The notes beneath the pieces are model-generated. The model worked only from the letters and a program-made list of their open reading frames with translations. It was not told where the DNA came from and ran no database searches. From Dimargaris cristalligena (Eukaryota), in assembly GCA_003614675.1 (NCBI GenBank), contig ML002302.1:1-45554 (forward strand): a DNA stretch of 45,554 nucleotides, read 5' to 3'. Position numbers and translations under genes: made by a program. Positions 1 to 11,037 of the stretch are shown one piece after another; within the stretch, counting starts at the first letter, position 1; every line of letters begins with the position of its first letter.

Positions 1-1051
1 AGGCGAACGAGTGCGGGACCGTTTACGACCCGGCTGGTCGGATTTAGAAGGCGACCGGGGATGTGAGCGCTTGTTCGCCGGCGGGTCCCGATCCCGGTCC
101 CGGTCACTGCTGCGGTTTAGTATAACCAAGGAACGGGGCTGGGTGGCCTTAGCTGGCGCTTCGCCGGATACGGCGGATGCTGTGATGCGTATCGGCGAGC
201 GTGAAAGGGCCGGCGACTTTGACCTTTTGCGAGACTGTGAGCGGAGACCGGTCCGTTCGGGTGCGTAGCAGTCGGGGCCCTAAATAAAAGGTAGAGTAAT
301 TGTTACCAGCAGGATGTATAAAAATATAAAATAGGGTATAATTAGTAAAGAACGATACTGGGGCAGATGGTAGCAATGGATAAACCACTACATCGGCATA
401 TAATAGGATAACAATATGATGAACTAGTAGCGAGTCAAGTCAACTGGGACCGTCATGAATTCGCGCTCAGCAAATGAGCCTCGCTATACCAATGAGGAGA
501 ACTAAACAGGATAAAAGGCTTACTCGAAGCGGGGCTCTATTTGAACGGGGTCGGTTGGACTTCCGGGCGAGACTCACGCTTCGGCTGCGACTGCGGCCCC
601 GACCTCGGCTACGACTTTGACTACGACTAGGGTACGTGGGGCGAAAAGTGTCGTACCGGTTACTCCGGCCGGGCGAGGGTGATCGGTTGTCTCGGGATCG
701 TTGGGAACGGAGCGGCGTAGACCGCGTATAGTCATTACGCCGAGTGGACTCATGCGGAGGGGATGAAGTACGTTGTCGGTGCCGCCGGTTACGGGGTCGC
801 TCACGGTAGTTATGACTGCTACTGCTGTTGCCTTTTTTATGGTCGTCGTCCTTGCCATGGTCGGCTATGGTGGTGCGGTAGCTGGTGTCTTCGTTGTCGG
901 TGGTGGTAGCTTGACCCGAGTTGGTCGCTGGACTACGCGAAGCAGGTGGTAACAGGGGGCGGCTCAATTCCATTGACGGACTAGACACGCACCGAGGACG
1001 TTCACTCGCCATCGACCGTGAAGAAGACGGGGAACACGGCGAAGGTGACAT
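1..1051 (-). CDS. Arg/Ser-rich low-complexity protein, 5' part only (continues beyond the left edge); possibly an SR-related nuclear/RNA-processing protein
   Basis: ATG at 1051 (MSPSPCSPSS...). Exon 1 1051-524 (176 codons), GTAAGC donor at 523, TTTAG acceptor ending at 280. Exon 2 279-1 stays open in phase 0 (GPDCYAPERTGLRSQSRKRSKSP...DRDRDRD...RKRSRTRSP). Rich in RS/RSP/RD; no folded domain inside the window. Confidence 0.7.
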
Positions 1052-1125
1052 TATAGTGTTCAATGTGTTACTTGCGCGATGGGACTGGGGAAAAAAAGAA
1101 AGAGTAGGTATATAGGCCTTTTTCA

Positions 1126-1149
1126 ATATATATATATATATATATATAT
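1126..1149. repeat. (TA)n microsatellite upstream of the RS-rich gene
   Basis: Directly visible. Similar tracts at about 3302-3319, 4132-4154, 30941-30964 and 40208-40242. Confidence 0.9.
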
Positions 1150-2853
1150 GAAAGTAAAATAGGGTAGCGGGACTAGAAATTCAGTCAAGGAACTGGGGAA
1201 GGTCGGGCTTGAAAAGAATGGGTCAATGTGAGGGGTATGCTATTATAAATGTTTAATACGGCAGTGCAAATGGGGGGGCTGAATCAGTAAGCGGCGGAAA
1301 GACCAAGTGGGCCTGGGGGAAAGCGGACACGGCAGATAAACAGGGCGTGTACTTTTTTTCTTTAGAAAGAGGGTTCCCCGGTGGATTAATCAAAGCCGGA
1401 AGTAAATAAAACTGATCAGTAGTATAACAAACGCACAACAGCGAGTAAGGGGGGCGTGAGGGGAGGCGTAAGTGCAGTGCTGGTTACCAAGCGGATTGCC
1501 ACTCGACGTCAATTGCCAGAACCAGCGGTCCAAGACAATCGAAGATAACAAAGCGAGAGAAAGAAAGAGAGAGAGGGAACGTGGGGGGGTGTATGTGGGA
1601 AGAGGGGGATTAAAAGAGCGACGCCGAAGGGACGCGTTTAATAATAGGTACTAAAGAGCAAGTGGTAAACCCGCTCTAAGTCAAGCGAAGGAATATATAA
1701 ATGTATAAGGAGAGAAAGAGAGAGGTGCACTGGCACCGAAGTGGAAGTAGATTGACTGCTACTATCTATAGTAGGTTGTATCCTATACTCAATGAAGATC
1801 CGCTGAACTTCAATTAGAAGGGGGGTTTTCTACCAAAGGGAATCACCACGGCTAAAAGTAACAAGAGAAACAAGGACGCCCAGACAGGAGAGGGCGCGAA
1901 ACAGTCCAAGTAAAGGGCAAACAGCCAGGTGCGTATGTCTCTCCTAATGGGAGCTAGCATAGAAAATACACCAAGTAGGAGGAGACATTTTAATGAGGCA
2001 TTTATAAATAAAACGCACTCATTGTCAGTGACAAGGTGCATCCTCTTTGTATTATGTTTTGCCCTCATCATTTGATTACAAAAGAATTCACCCTTACCCA
2101 TCCTCCGCCTTGCTCCGTTTCAGCCCAGTGGCCATGCGTGAAAACTATGGTTTTAAGGGATGTCTATCACTAGCTCAAGTGGTTTGGGTGGGGAGTGATC
2201 CGAGAATTCTAAGATGACACAGGCAACTCCTCCCCTCCCCCCTATATTGTCCAAGTTAAAATTACGAGTGCGGAATGCCTAGGCTATAATGGGGGTATAC
2301 AAATAGGCGCAGCTATTGCGGTTGAAATGATTGACACGCAATATTAACGGTGGTAATGGTTACCAACCCCAACAACCCATTGTGCGAGGAAGTCAGTCAA
2401 CAAGCAAGTCTAGTTGTTCCAGATATCGACTACGCGGACATTTGAAACTAATCCAACTCATTAATTGGAAGGAACTCACTAGTACAGAGCCAGACTGATG
2501 GATAGTTTTTCAACACCGAAAGAGTGTTTATTAATTCATATTTACCTGAACAAGTGGGTGAAAAGGGGGGGGGGATAGCGAAACGGGAGGGGGGATAAGC
2601 GGGTGGAATGAAATATAGGTAAGCGGAGAAAAGGGGGAAAAACAACAAAGAAAGGCCTGAAGAGGAAAGACAGTGTACGGCTAGGACGAGTGGGGGGATA
2701 CGTACAAGCAATGGGTATGGTATGGTGGCCATGGAACTAAGAGCCGTTGATAATTTCGGATTAACGGTATAAGAAGCGCAAAACCCGGCTGGATCTGGCC
2801 GGTAAAAGATTCAGTTGGGCACGGAACAATCGGCATCGCTCGCTGGAAATGGT

Positions 2854-3544
2854 TTAGGCGAACGGGCTGATCAGTCTGTAAAATCCATTATTATTAATAT
2901 ACAATACATAGTTAAAGCAATATAGTGGTGAGTATAGGAGATACGGGGTGTTCCAGGGTTTGCACCGATTTGCACTCATGGGATCCTGTTCGGGTCTAAG
3001 AGTTCAAAACTGAGGATGGCACCATCGCATATGAATCAGCAAAGAACCAAAAGTACTCGTTCGGGCGAATCGTTATCTGATAGGCAAGTAGGGGGTGATT
3101 TACCTTATTAATGAAGGCCGGGGACTGGTGCGGGTAAAGCCTGGTTAGCCATAGCATAGGTATGTTGGGGACAGAGTAAGCACAGCGGTTAGACAAAATC
3201 GTATATAGGTCAATGGGCACATATGACCAGTCACAAAGACTGTATAGTTTGGCCGGTGGCTTCTATCGGGGGGGGGAGGTGTGTACCAGCCCAGCCCTAT
3301 GATATATATATATATATATTAACCGTGGCTCCCACGTGAATCAGAAAAGCCAATAGAAGGGAATGCTTATTTTGGATAAGGTTCGTAAAGCACCAATCCG
3401 TCGGGGAAGGGCCAACTTGGTCCCGAGGTAGGGAAATATGGTATGCTTACCTAGGTAGAGAATGAACGGAATGAAGCCGTAGTGGAGCACCTGGCGGGTA
3501 ACGGCCGTGGCACGGGCGATGGCAGACTTGAGACCTTCGTTCAT
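2854..3544 (-). CDS. TOM7: Mitochondrial import receptor subunit Tom7 (50 aa, 3 exons)
   Basis: Exons 3544-3451, 3140-3104 and 2875-2854 with GTAAGC/GTAAAT donors and CAG acceptors splice to MNEGLKSAIARATAVTRQVLHYGFIPFILYLGFTRTSPRPSLIRLISPFA*. Contains the Tom7 signature HYGFIPxILYLG...PRPSLxRLxSP. Confidence 0.95.
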
Positions 3545-4160
3545 AGTGGCTGGGTAGGTGGTAAATACGAGTTAAGAGTTAAGGTGAATGGGAAGAATCA
3601 AATAATATCGATCCGGACAGAGAACAAAGGTAGGTTTAGTAGAATCTCGCGCAACCAAACCAAACTGGAACCAGTAGTCGCCTCGGGTGGGCGGGTCGTT
3701 GATGGGTGGGGGGAGATTTAAGCGCATATAGGTTGTATGCCCCCCCTCACGCATATACGTAACGACTGGACCATATGCCTTCCCCCCCACCCACTCTTGT
3801 TTTTTTCAGCCTCCTAAAGCGAGAGTGCCGCAGCAACCGGAACTGGGTTGTTCCATCCATAGTACAGAGCAGGAAAGATTAGTGGGAGAAGTCTGGGAAG
3901 TTATTTTCCAACCTGTTTAATATTCAAGTCAGATCACGCAAAGAGATTCCCTTCAGTCCCTAAGGAATAGTTGTGTGTGAAGTACACCACTCCCCCGGAG
4001 TCTGCCCTAATTAGAAAGAGCTCAACGACTTCAACTTGGTGGCTGTTGCTAATCAACTAACTACACCCTTCCTAAAAGCTATAGCACCCACCTACTAGGA
4101 GGGAAACCAGCTGCCTTTGGCCACTTCATAGTATATATATATATATATATATATTCCTTC

Positions 4161-5997
4161 ATGGCAACGACCCACTTCGCCCGCCTAAGTCCGCGGTGTT
4201 TCACCACCACCCGGCCCCGTTCGCTGGCTTTGGGCTGCCTCCCAAAGGCCGCTGCAGTCCGGCAGCATTACTACTTACCCAGCCCGAACCTCCCTCGCCA
4301 GCTCCCAGGTCCACCACAACACCGCTGGTTCTCGTCGGAGCGCGAGCGTCCTCCACCCACCGAGTCCTTCTCCGAACCCTACATTGCGAATGATCCCCAG
4401 GCGCCCGTGACACCCTCGCCGAAATCCCTGCAGGAAGACCTTTTGAATCAAGTAGGCCAAAAGCACCCCACCCCCTCCACATTTCCATATTGCGTCCGAT
4501 TAAACCCTACTGGCCTATTGCTATTCGAAGCCATTTTAATTAACCCGATCTAACGAATACCTCTTATCTGTGGTCGAAAATGGCCGCTATTTCGAACGGT
4601 ACCATGTTTATTATTGTCTACCCACCTCTCCCCCCCCCCGTTTTACCATATAATAGGAAGAATCAAAGGCAACTGAAGCGAAAAAACAACGGAAACGGCG
4701 GGCCCTACTGTATGCCGCCAAAACATTCCAGAAGCCTGCCTACTTGATATGCCCGGCCGTATCCGTAAAGCAAGCCCAGCACCTGCGGGCCCCCGAGGTG
4801 GTCTTTCTCGGCCGGAGTAATGTGGGTAAATCCTCGCTCATCAATGCCCTATTTCGCCAGGAGAAGCTTGCTCGGACGTCCAAGCAACCGGTAAGTAGTG
4901 CATTCCGCCACTTTGCTCAGGGAAGACTACGAGCACCGCCTGCATTGAGTGGCCCTCATATAGACTAGAGTATATATATGGTTTCGACCATTTCCTATAG
5001 CCCCACTCTTCCTAAAATTACATGACCGCCCACCCATCCCTACTAATATACGATTCATTCATTTCCTGGATCTCAATGTCGTGACTATATTGTGCAATAA
5101 TCCCATCATATATGTTAAACCCAAACAGGGCAGTACCGCGCAAATGTTTTTCTATAGTCTCGGCTCCATGGTGCCCCAAATGGCCATTCTCACTTTAGTG
5201 GATATGCCCGGTTACGGTTATCGTTCCCGCCCCGAATGGGGGGAATTCATCAATGAATACTTGAAAAGCCGTGACCAGTAAGTTCATTTAAATAGCTTAC
5301 CAAGTGGTACCCACAGCCCCCGCTCTCACCTATATTAGCCGATTAATATTTCAGTTTTAAATACACTTCATATATTAATATATTGCCCATCCACTCTCTC
5401 CCTCCTCCACACTACACATCACACCCCCATTACCTGTGTTCTCTTTGCTTAGATTACGAGGCGCATATCTATTGATCGATGCCAACATTGGCGAACTCAA
5501 GGCTTCAGACATCCAAGTTATTGAGACTCTGAATTACCTGCAGGTTCCTTTCCAGGTTCGTCCATAGATAACATTTCCCTCTCTACCTCCACTATTTATA
5601 AGAATCAACCTAACCCAACGGCCTAGCTACGATGGTTTGTGTTTTTTTTTTAAAAAAAAATACACCTGTAGTTGCACTGAATTTCCCCCTAAAAGATCAC
5701 CCCATATGACTAACCTCCATCTCCATTATCCCTACTGCATTGCTTCCCTTTTTTTCATACATTTCTCACCATAACTCTATGGGATGTGGTCTAAACGTAC
5801 ACTAGGTGATCCTAACCAAAATAGACAAAGTCAAAGATACAACCAAGGTGGAAGCGGAAATCACTCGCAAAGTACGCGCATTATCGTCTTATTTCCAGGA
5901 GCCCGTATTTTTGGCCAGTTCGCGTCGCGCCTACGAAATGGCTGAACTCCGGCTGAATATTCTAGTGACCTGTCGGGTGGCCAAAGCCCCAAACTAG
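4161..5997 (+). CDS. EngB/YihA (YsxC, GTPBP8-like) GTPase with a probable mitochondrial presequence (5 exons)
   Basis: Exons 4161-4451, 4657-4890, 5129-5277, 5453-5555 and 5806-5997, all GT-AG and frame-consistent. Motifs: [18 protein letters not shown] (G1), SKQPGST (G2), LVDMPGYG (G3), LLIDA, ILTKIDK (G4). The N-terminus is Arg/Thr-rich and lacks acidic residues up to RWFSS, typical of a presequence. Confidence 0.92.
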
Positions 5998-7222
5998 GGC
6001 ATTGGTTATTTACCCAATAAAGTCCCCCTTTGGAATATAATGGCCCTAGCGTTAATGTGGGGAGGGGGAGGTTAATTAGAGATTGCCCGAGCTATGGAAA
6101 CATACGCGGGCTTTGGACAATGGTAACATGATGGGCCCAATAAATTCACAGCCGAATAATTGCCCAAGACGAATATACGATGCATTTCAGTTAGAATATA
6201 TTTGTGGTGCTAGGTAGCTTCATCGTTCATTAGCTTGGGCCTTGGGTTGCAAGCGGGAGGTAGTATTCCCGTCTCTTTCAGGATAGCCCAGAATTCACAT
6301 AATGGTTCCTTGGCATACCAAATATAGAATGGGGGCGCTCATTGGCTTGGAAGGAGCGGATCCAAGTGTCTTGGAACTTGGGATCGAACGGGGAGGAGAG
6401 AGAGTGAGATTCTAACAGAACAATGCTGCGTGAGTAGATCTGACAGGGTATTGCATATAGTAACGATGCACCCTAATTTGTTCGAATGGGATTGAGCAAG
6501 TTAATCATCCTATTTTCCTGATAGACGCTGACATCATAAAATAGTAACAACCATTAGTTTCGTTGGATTAATCGTCAGTGGCAATTGATGACCGCCATCG
6601 ATAATCAATTACGGCTTTCCAAATCGAATGAATAAAAATTCCTTCAAAAGCTTTCGCATGGTCGTGAGAGGGGGGGTTGAATTTTTATTGAATTGGGATC
6701 GAATAAAAAGCAGAAACAAAAACAATGTAAATTTAATGAAATGATATTAGAGTGAGACCATATGGCGATAAAAATCACTAAAAGCACATTATAAAAATGT
6801 AATATTAGGTCGACCCAAAATAATAGCCCGGCGCGGTCGTGTGTGTACTTATTTAAAGTATCTTAGCTGATTTGTCAATTCAATCGGTTCTAGGTTAAGC
6901 CAGGAATCGAAGAATTGGTGACAATATATAAGCATAAACGATGGCATCCAATTGTCAAACCTTCAGACATAAACATCCCAAGTTGGTTAGTAATTTGAAC
7001 ATGATTATGGGGCGATCGGAGAAAAAATAACGGATTTGAATAATATCTCCATATGCAATATATTCCTTAGACAGCAAGAGGGCATAGTAAACATGAGAAA
7101 TGAGAAGAAATAAAACACATTAGTTCAGTGAATGGGAATGTCAAACATAGATTGTGAAAACAAAATAGAAGCAAGGCCTAGGGGTGGTTAGCCTCATATG
7201 TATAGATAACAATAATAAGAGG

Positions 7223-7250
7223 AATAATAATAATAATAATAATAATAATA
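7223..7250. repeat. (AAT)n microsatellite downstream of the Polo kinase gene
   Basis: Directly visible. Similar (AAT)/(ATT) tracts near 15691, 17035, 25581, 26651 and 34896. Confidence 0.85.
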
Positions 7251-7592
7251 CCACAGCGACCGAAATGCTGGGGTACTAAATAAAAGATAAAAACCAAAAC
7301 AAAGAACAAATACGACGGACTAAGAGGAACTAATACCGATAAATATAAAACCAAAAAAAAACCCCAGATTGTAAAAGTAAAAGTATATCATACATGGCTG
7401 AAACCAAAAACAAGACTGATAGAAAAAAAGAGATGATCATAGCACAGGTTAACTCACCACACACCTCCCGAAATTTTCAAAGTGGACACACAACAGTTAC
7501 TCTCAAGCGACTATTGAGTGGCCAAAGGGGATGCTTTAGAGGAAGGCCAGTCACACTGCGCGGGTAACCATCCCACATCACCAGCCTCGTTA

Positions 7593-10500
7593 TTAACATT
7601 TGGGCTCCGTGCCGGTCCGGCGCAAGTTAATCAAGCCAAGCACGTCACGAGTGTACTTGAGCCGCTTTAGCACATCGTTATTAGCCCGCAAATTTTCCAA
7701 ATCGGTCAGGGCGTAAGTACTGGCTTTACCCTCCGAAATGTACGTAATCACTTCGCCCCGATTTTGAATGATTAGCTTGGAGTGGTCATGGATGAAATTG
7801 AGCTGCAGGACCCGGTGACTAATGCGAAAGACGGCGGCGTACTTGGTACGGATAAATTTGTTCAAGTAGAGCAGGTTATGGGCCGGGTCACGGTTAGTCC
7901 AGGCCAGGGGGCAGTGGGAACTATGGGCCACCATCCCATTGGAAGTGGGGTCAGAGCTCGGACTGACGGCGGTGGTACCGGACGTTGAGGTAAGTTTGGC
8001 GCGGTCAGCCGCCTGTTGGGAGTCTGAAGCGCCGCATATACAGAGGGAGGGGTCATTATCCGATTGCCCCTCACCCGAACTACTGGCGTTGTACCAGAAA
8101 CTGGGGTTATTTCGGTGGGGGTTCGATATATTTTCGGGCACGGTGTTATGCAACTGTTTCCGCATGTAGCGCCGGAACTGGAGAAGGAGGGTGACCTTCT
8201 TTTTCAAATCGGATGGGTAACTGTCCAACGTGTGGGATTCCCGTTTAATGGACTTTTGCGACTTGGTGGGGTCGTAGAAGAGATGTTCGATACGTTGCTG
8301 ATCGGGTAGCAGCAATAGGGTGGTGTTATCATTGAAATGCACCCCGTAGGAATTGTTGGTCAGCTCGTAGCCCAGCCCATACTTGTTGGAAAGGTCGATC
8401 CACTTACTCATGAACACCTTAGGGAAGTGGGCTGCTTTGGGGTCTGCCGTAACACCCATCCGACTCGGATCCGGCGGGGTGTTGTGAAGGTCCTGGAAGA
8501 ACTGGTTAATCCGGTTTTCCATACCAGACATAACGGGACACTTGCGGTTGCGGTCGGGTTCAGACGAATGGTGGCTCGGGGGTGAGTCGGCCTGGGGCGG
8601 CGGGGGTGGTAGTGCGCGTGACACCCCCGGAGAGGCAGCCCCCGAGGGGTTGGGCTGGGACTGGCTGCGCGGGGGCATGGGATGACCCGACGCCGGCGGC
8701 TGACTGGGCCGAACCGAACCGGTTGGACCGCCACTTGGAGAAGCAGGTCTTTGGAAGGCTGACCGAGGGGTGGGCCAGGCGGAAGATTTGCTGGCGACAA
8801 CCTCCTGCCTACTTGACATGGGATTGCTGCTGGGTTGGGCATGGGAGACTCGGGGACTAGATACGGCCCCGGGGTTCTGGATGGACTCGGGTGTATCCGG
8901 AAGCTGCGCGTCTCCCCGGGCGTAAGGCGATTGAGGGCTGTATTGTCCGGAGCGGTGGGAATGGGGTTGGATATTGGCAGTGGAGATGGGTTTAGGACTG
9001 GATTGGCTGCGACCACTTGGATAGCCGGCCGAGCCCTGGCTCGCGGGTAATGAGGCGGATTTCTCTCGGTTAATGTGGAGCTGTTGGAGCTGGGCGGTCA
9101 ATACCTCCGGGTGGGCCGGCCTAGAAGAGTGTGAAGGGGGGGCCGCCGCTGGCTCGCCCTTACCATCAGTGATGGCTGCGGGTCGACGGCTGTTAGTTAG
9201 GGAAGCCGAATTACTCCTGGAACGTCTGTACGAGTCTGGAATTTCGGGGGCTTGGAAGAAGACGGAGCGGGGCATGTCGGGCAAGAGATTATAATTAGCG
9301 AAAAAGGCCATGCGGCGAATCTCGTAGGCATTGGGTCGTTGACTGGGGTCTTTGTTGAGGAGTGATAAAATGAGATACTTAGCGTCCGATGAGACGCGAG
9401 GGGTGTCGGGGAAGCGACACTCCTCGTTGGAGATTTTTTCGTACAGGAGCCTGGACTGGGCCTGCTTAGCACCCCCCGAGACGTGGAACGGGGGTTTGGA
9501 GTAGAGCATACTGTACATGACGATGCCCAATGCCCAAATATCGACTTCATAGCTGTGGCCGTCTTTGGTTCGGGCAATAATTTCAGGCGCCAAGAAGTTG
9601 GGGGTGCCGAGGAACGACTTTTTGCGTTCCTTGTCGGTGCCCAGCATGGCCGAGAGGCCAAAGTCGGCCACCTTGACTTGCATGGACTCGGTCAGTAACA
9701 CATTGGCAAATTTGAGGTCGCGGTGGATGACCTTGTATTTATGCATATGTTCGACGGCATCGATGAGTTGGTACATGAAATAACGGACCTCGGGCTCCGA
9801 TATGCACTTGCGGGTCTTGAAGATGGCGTCCAGGCTCTGCAGGGGGGAGAGAAGAAATAATGCGGGCGGAATACAGCATACAATTGGTAGGAGCGAAGGA
9901 TTAATACTAGGCCCAAGTACCAGTAAGACCAGGGGAACATCCTCATACCAAAAGGCCGTCTGGGGCTAGAGGGATCTAGTCTCCATAGCTGCGGTAGACA
10001 GGGGGGTTGAGAGAGAGAGAATACCAGTTGGGGTATTTGGGAGACTACCAAATATACCAACATTAAAAGCTCAACCAGGCCGGCCGATTGCAAATGAGGT
10101 ATCAAAGAGCAGAAAGTCGATCTATCGCTATAAATGAGCAGGGGTGACAATCAAGCACCCCTTGCGGAGTTTCGCGAAGGAATGGAATTGCGAAGTCAGT
10201 GACGATCTTGGCGGAAGAAAATGCGGATCGGGGTTAAATCGAGCCACCGGGAGCGGCTGACAGTCAGTGGATAGACGCCCTCTACATGGGCGTTGCATTT
10301 CAATTTAATTTAATTTAATTCGATAAACGGGGATATCTAAACCAAAAACACTGACCAAGCCTAAAGTATGGGGGGGCGAGGACTTACCTTACTAGAGCAT
10401 AACTCCATCACAATATACACGAAGGCATTATCTTCGAAACATTGAACGAAACCGACGATATGGGGATGACCCGGAAGTTTACGCAGGGTTTCGATTTCAT

Positions 10501-11037
10501 TGATGAGCCGTTTACGATACTGCGGGTTCTTGAAGTTTTGCTTGTCTAACACTTTGCAGGCATACCGCTCTTCCTTATCATTGACCACACTGTAGACTCG
10601 ACCAAAGGCACCCTAAAAGGAAAAACAACAAATGGTGAGGGAATGCAAAAGGGTGGGGGATGGACATATACTAGGCCTATAGAGTAAGAAGTCAAGTCGA
10701 GAAAACAAATAGGTGGCATATAAACCTCGCCCGGACAAGAAGGGTTGTGGCCCATGTGCATATAGGGCAGGTGTGACTCTAGGAGAGGGTGCCCGGTGGG
10801 GTTCTTCTCTGGGAAAGGCACATCCCCAACAACAGGCCGACCAGGGCTAGCAATATAGACAAGGTAATAGAAATAAACACGTACAGCACCGACGAATTCC
10901 TGGGGACGATATTCGCTTCGCAGCTTCTTGTCTCGGAATATAGAAGGGAGATGGGGCCAGACGGCGTCTTTGAACGGACGCGGCGGGGCCAATTCAAAGG
11001 TTTTTAGTTTGGGGGTGCCAGCACTGACAGCAGCCAT
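7593..11037 (-). CDS. CDC5: Polo-like serine/threonine kinase (Cdc5/Plo1/PLK1 family), about 873 aa, 3 exons
   Basis: Exons 11037-10885, 10612-10388 and 9836-7593 (donors GTACGT, GTAAGT; all phase 0). Kinase motifs GAGAFG, ACK, HRDLK, DFG, GTPNFLAPE, GHSYEVDIW. Polo box 1 KWIDLSNKYGLGYELTNNSYGVHFND, linker LKKKVTLL, Polo box 2 QLNFIHDHSKLI. A Pro/Ser-rich linker lies between the kinase and the Polo boxes. Confidence 0.95.

Noticed and set aside
425-490. Small multi-stem fold (TAGCGAG/CTCGCTA enclosing GCTCA/TGAGC) in the intron of the RS-rich gene, considered as a TPP riboswitch or SECIS
   Set aside because: Lacks the TPP core (CUGAGA, then UGAU...UAAU...CG.AG) and SECIS geometry; stems are short enough to be chance.
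1814-2732. Hydrophobic minus-strand ORFs at 1814-2101 and 2448-2732
   Set aside because: Hydrophobicity follows from pyrimidine-rich UTR/promoter sequence; no convincing signal peptide structure or family motif.
7782-9783. Many overlapping and antisense ORFs inside the Polo kinase exon, likewise inside the Nab3-like, RCM1 and RS-rich genes
   Set aside because: Shadow ORFs expected in GC-rich coding DNA; no motifs, and mostly non-ATG starts.
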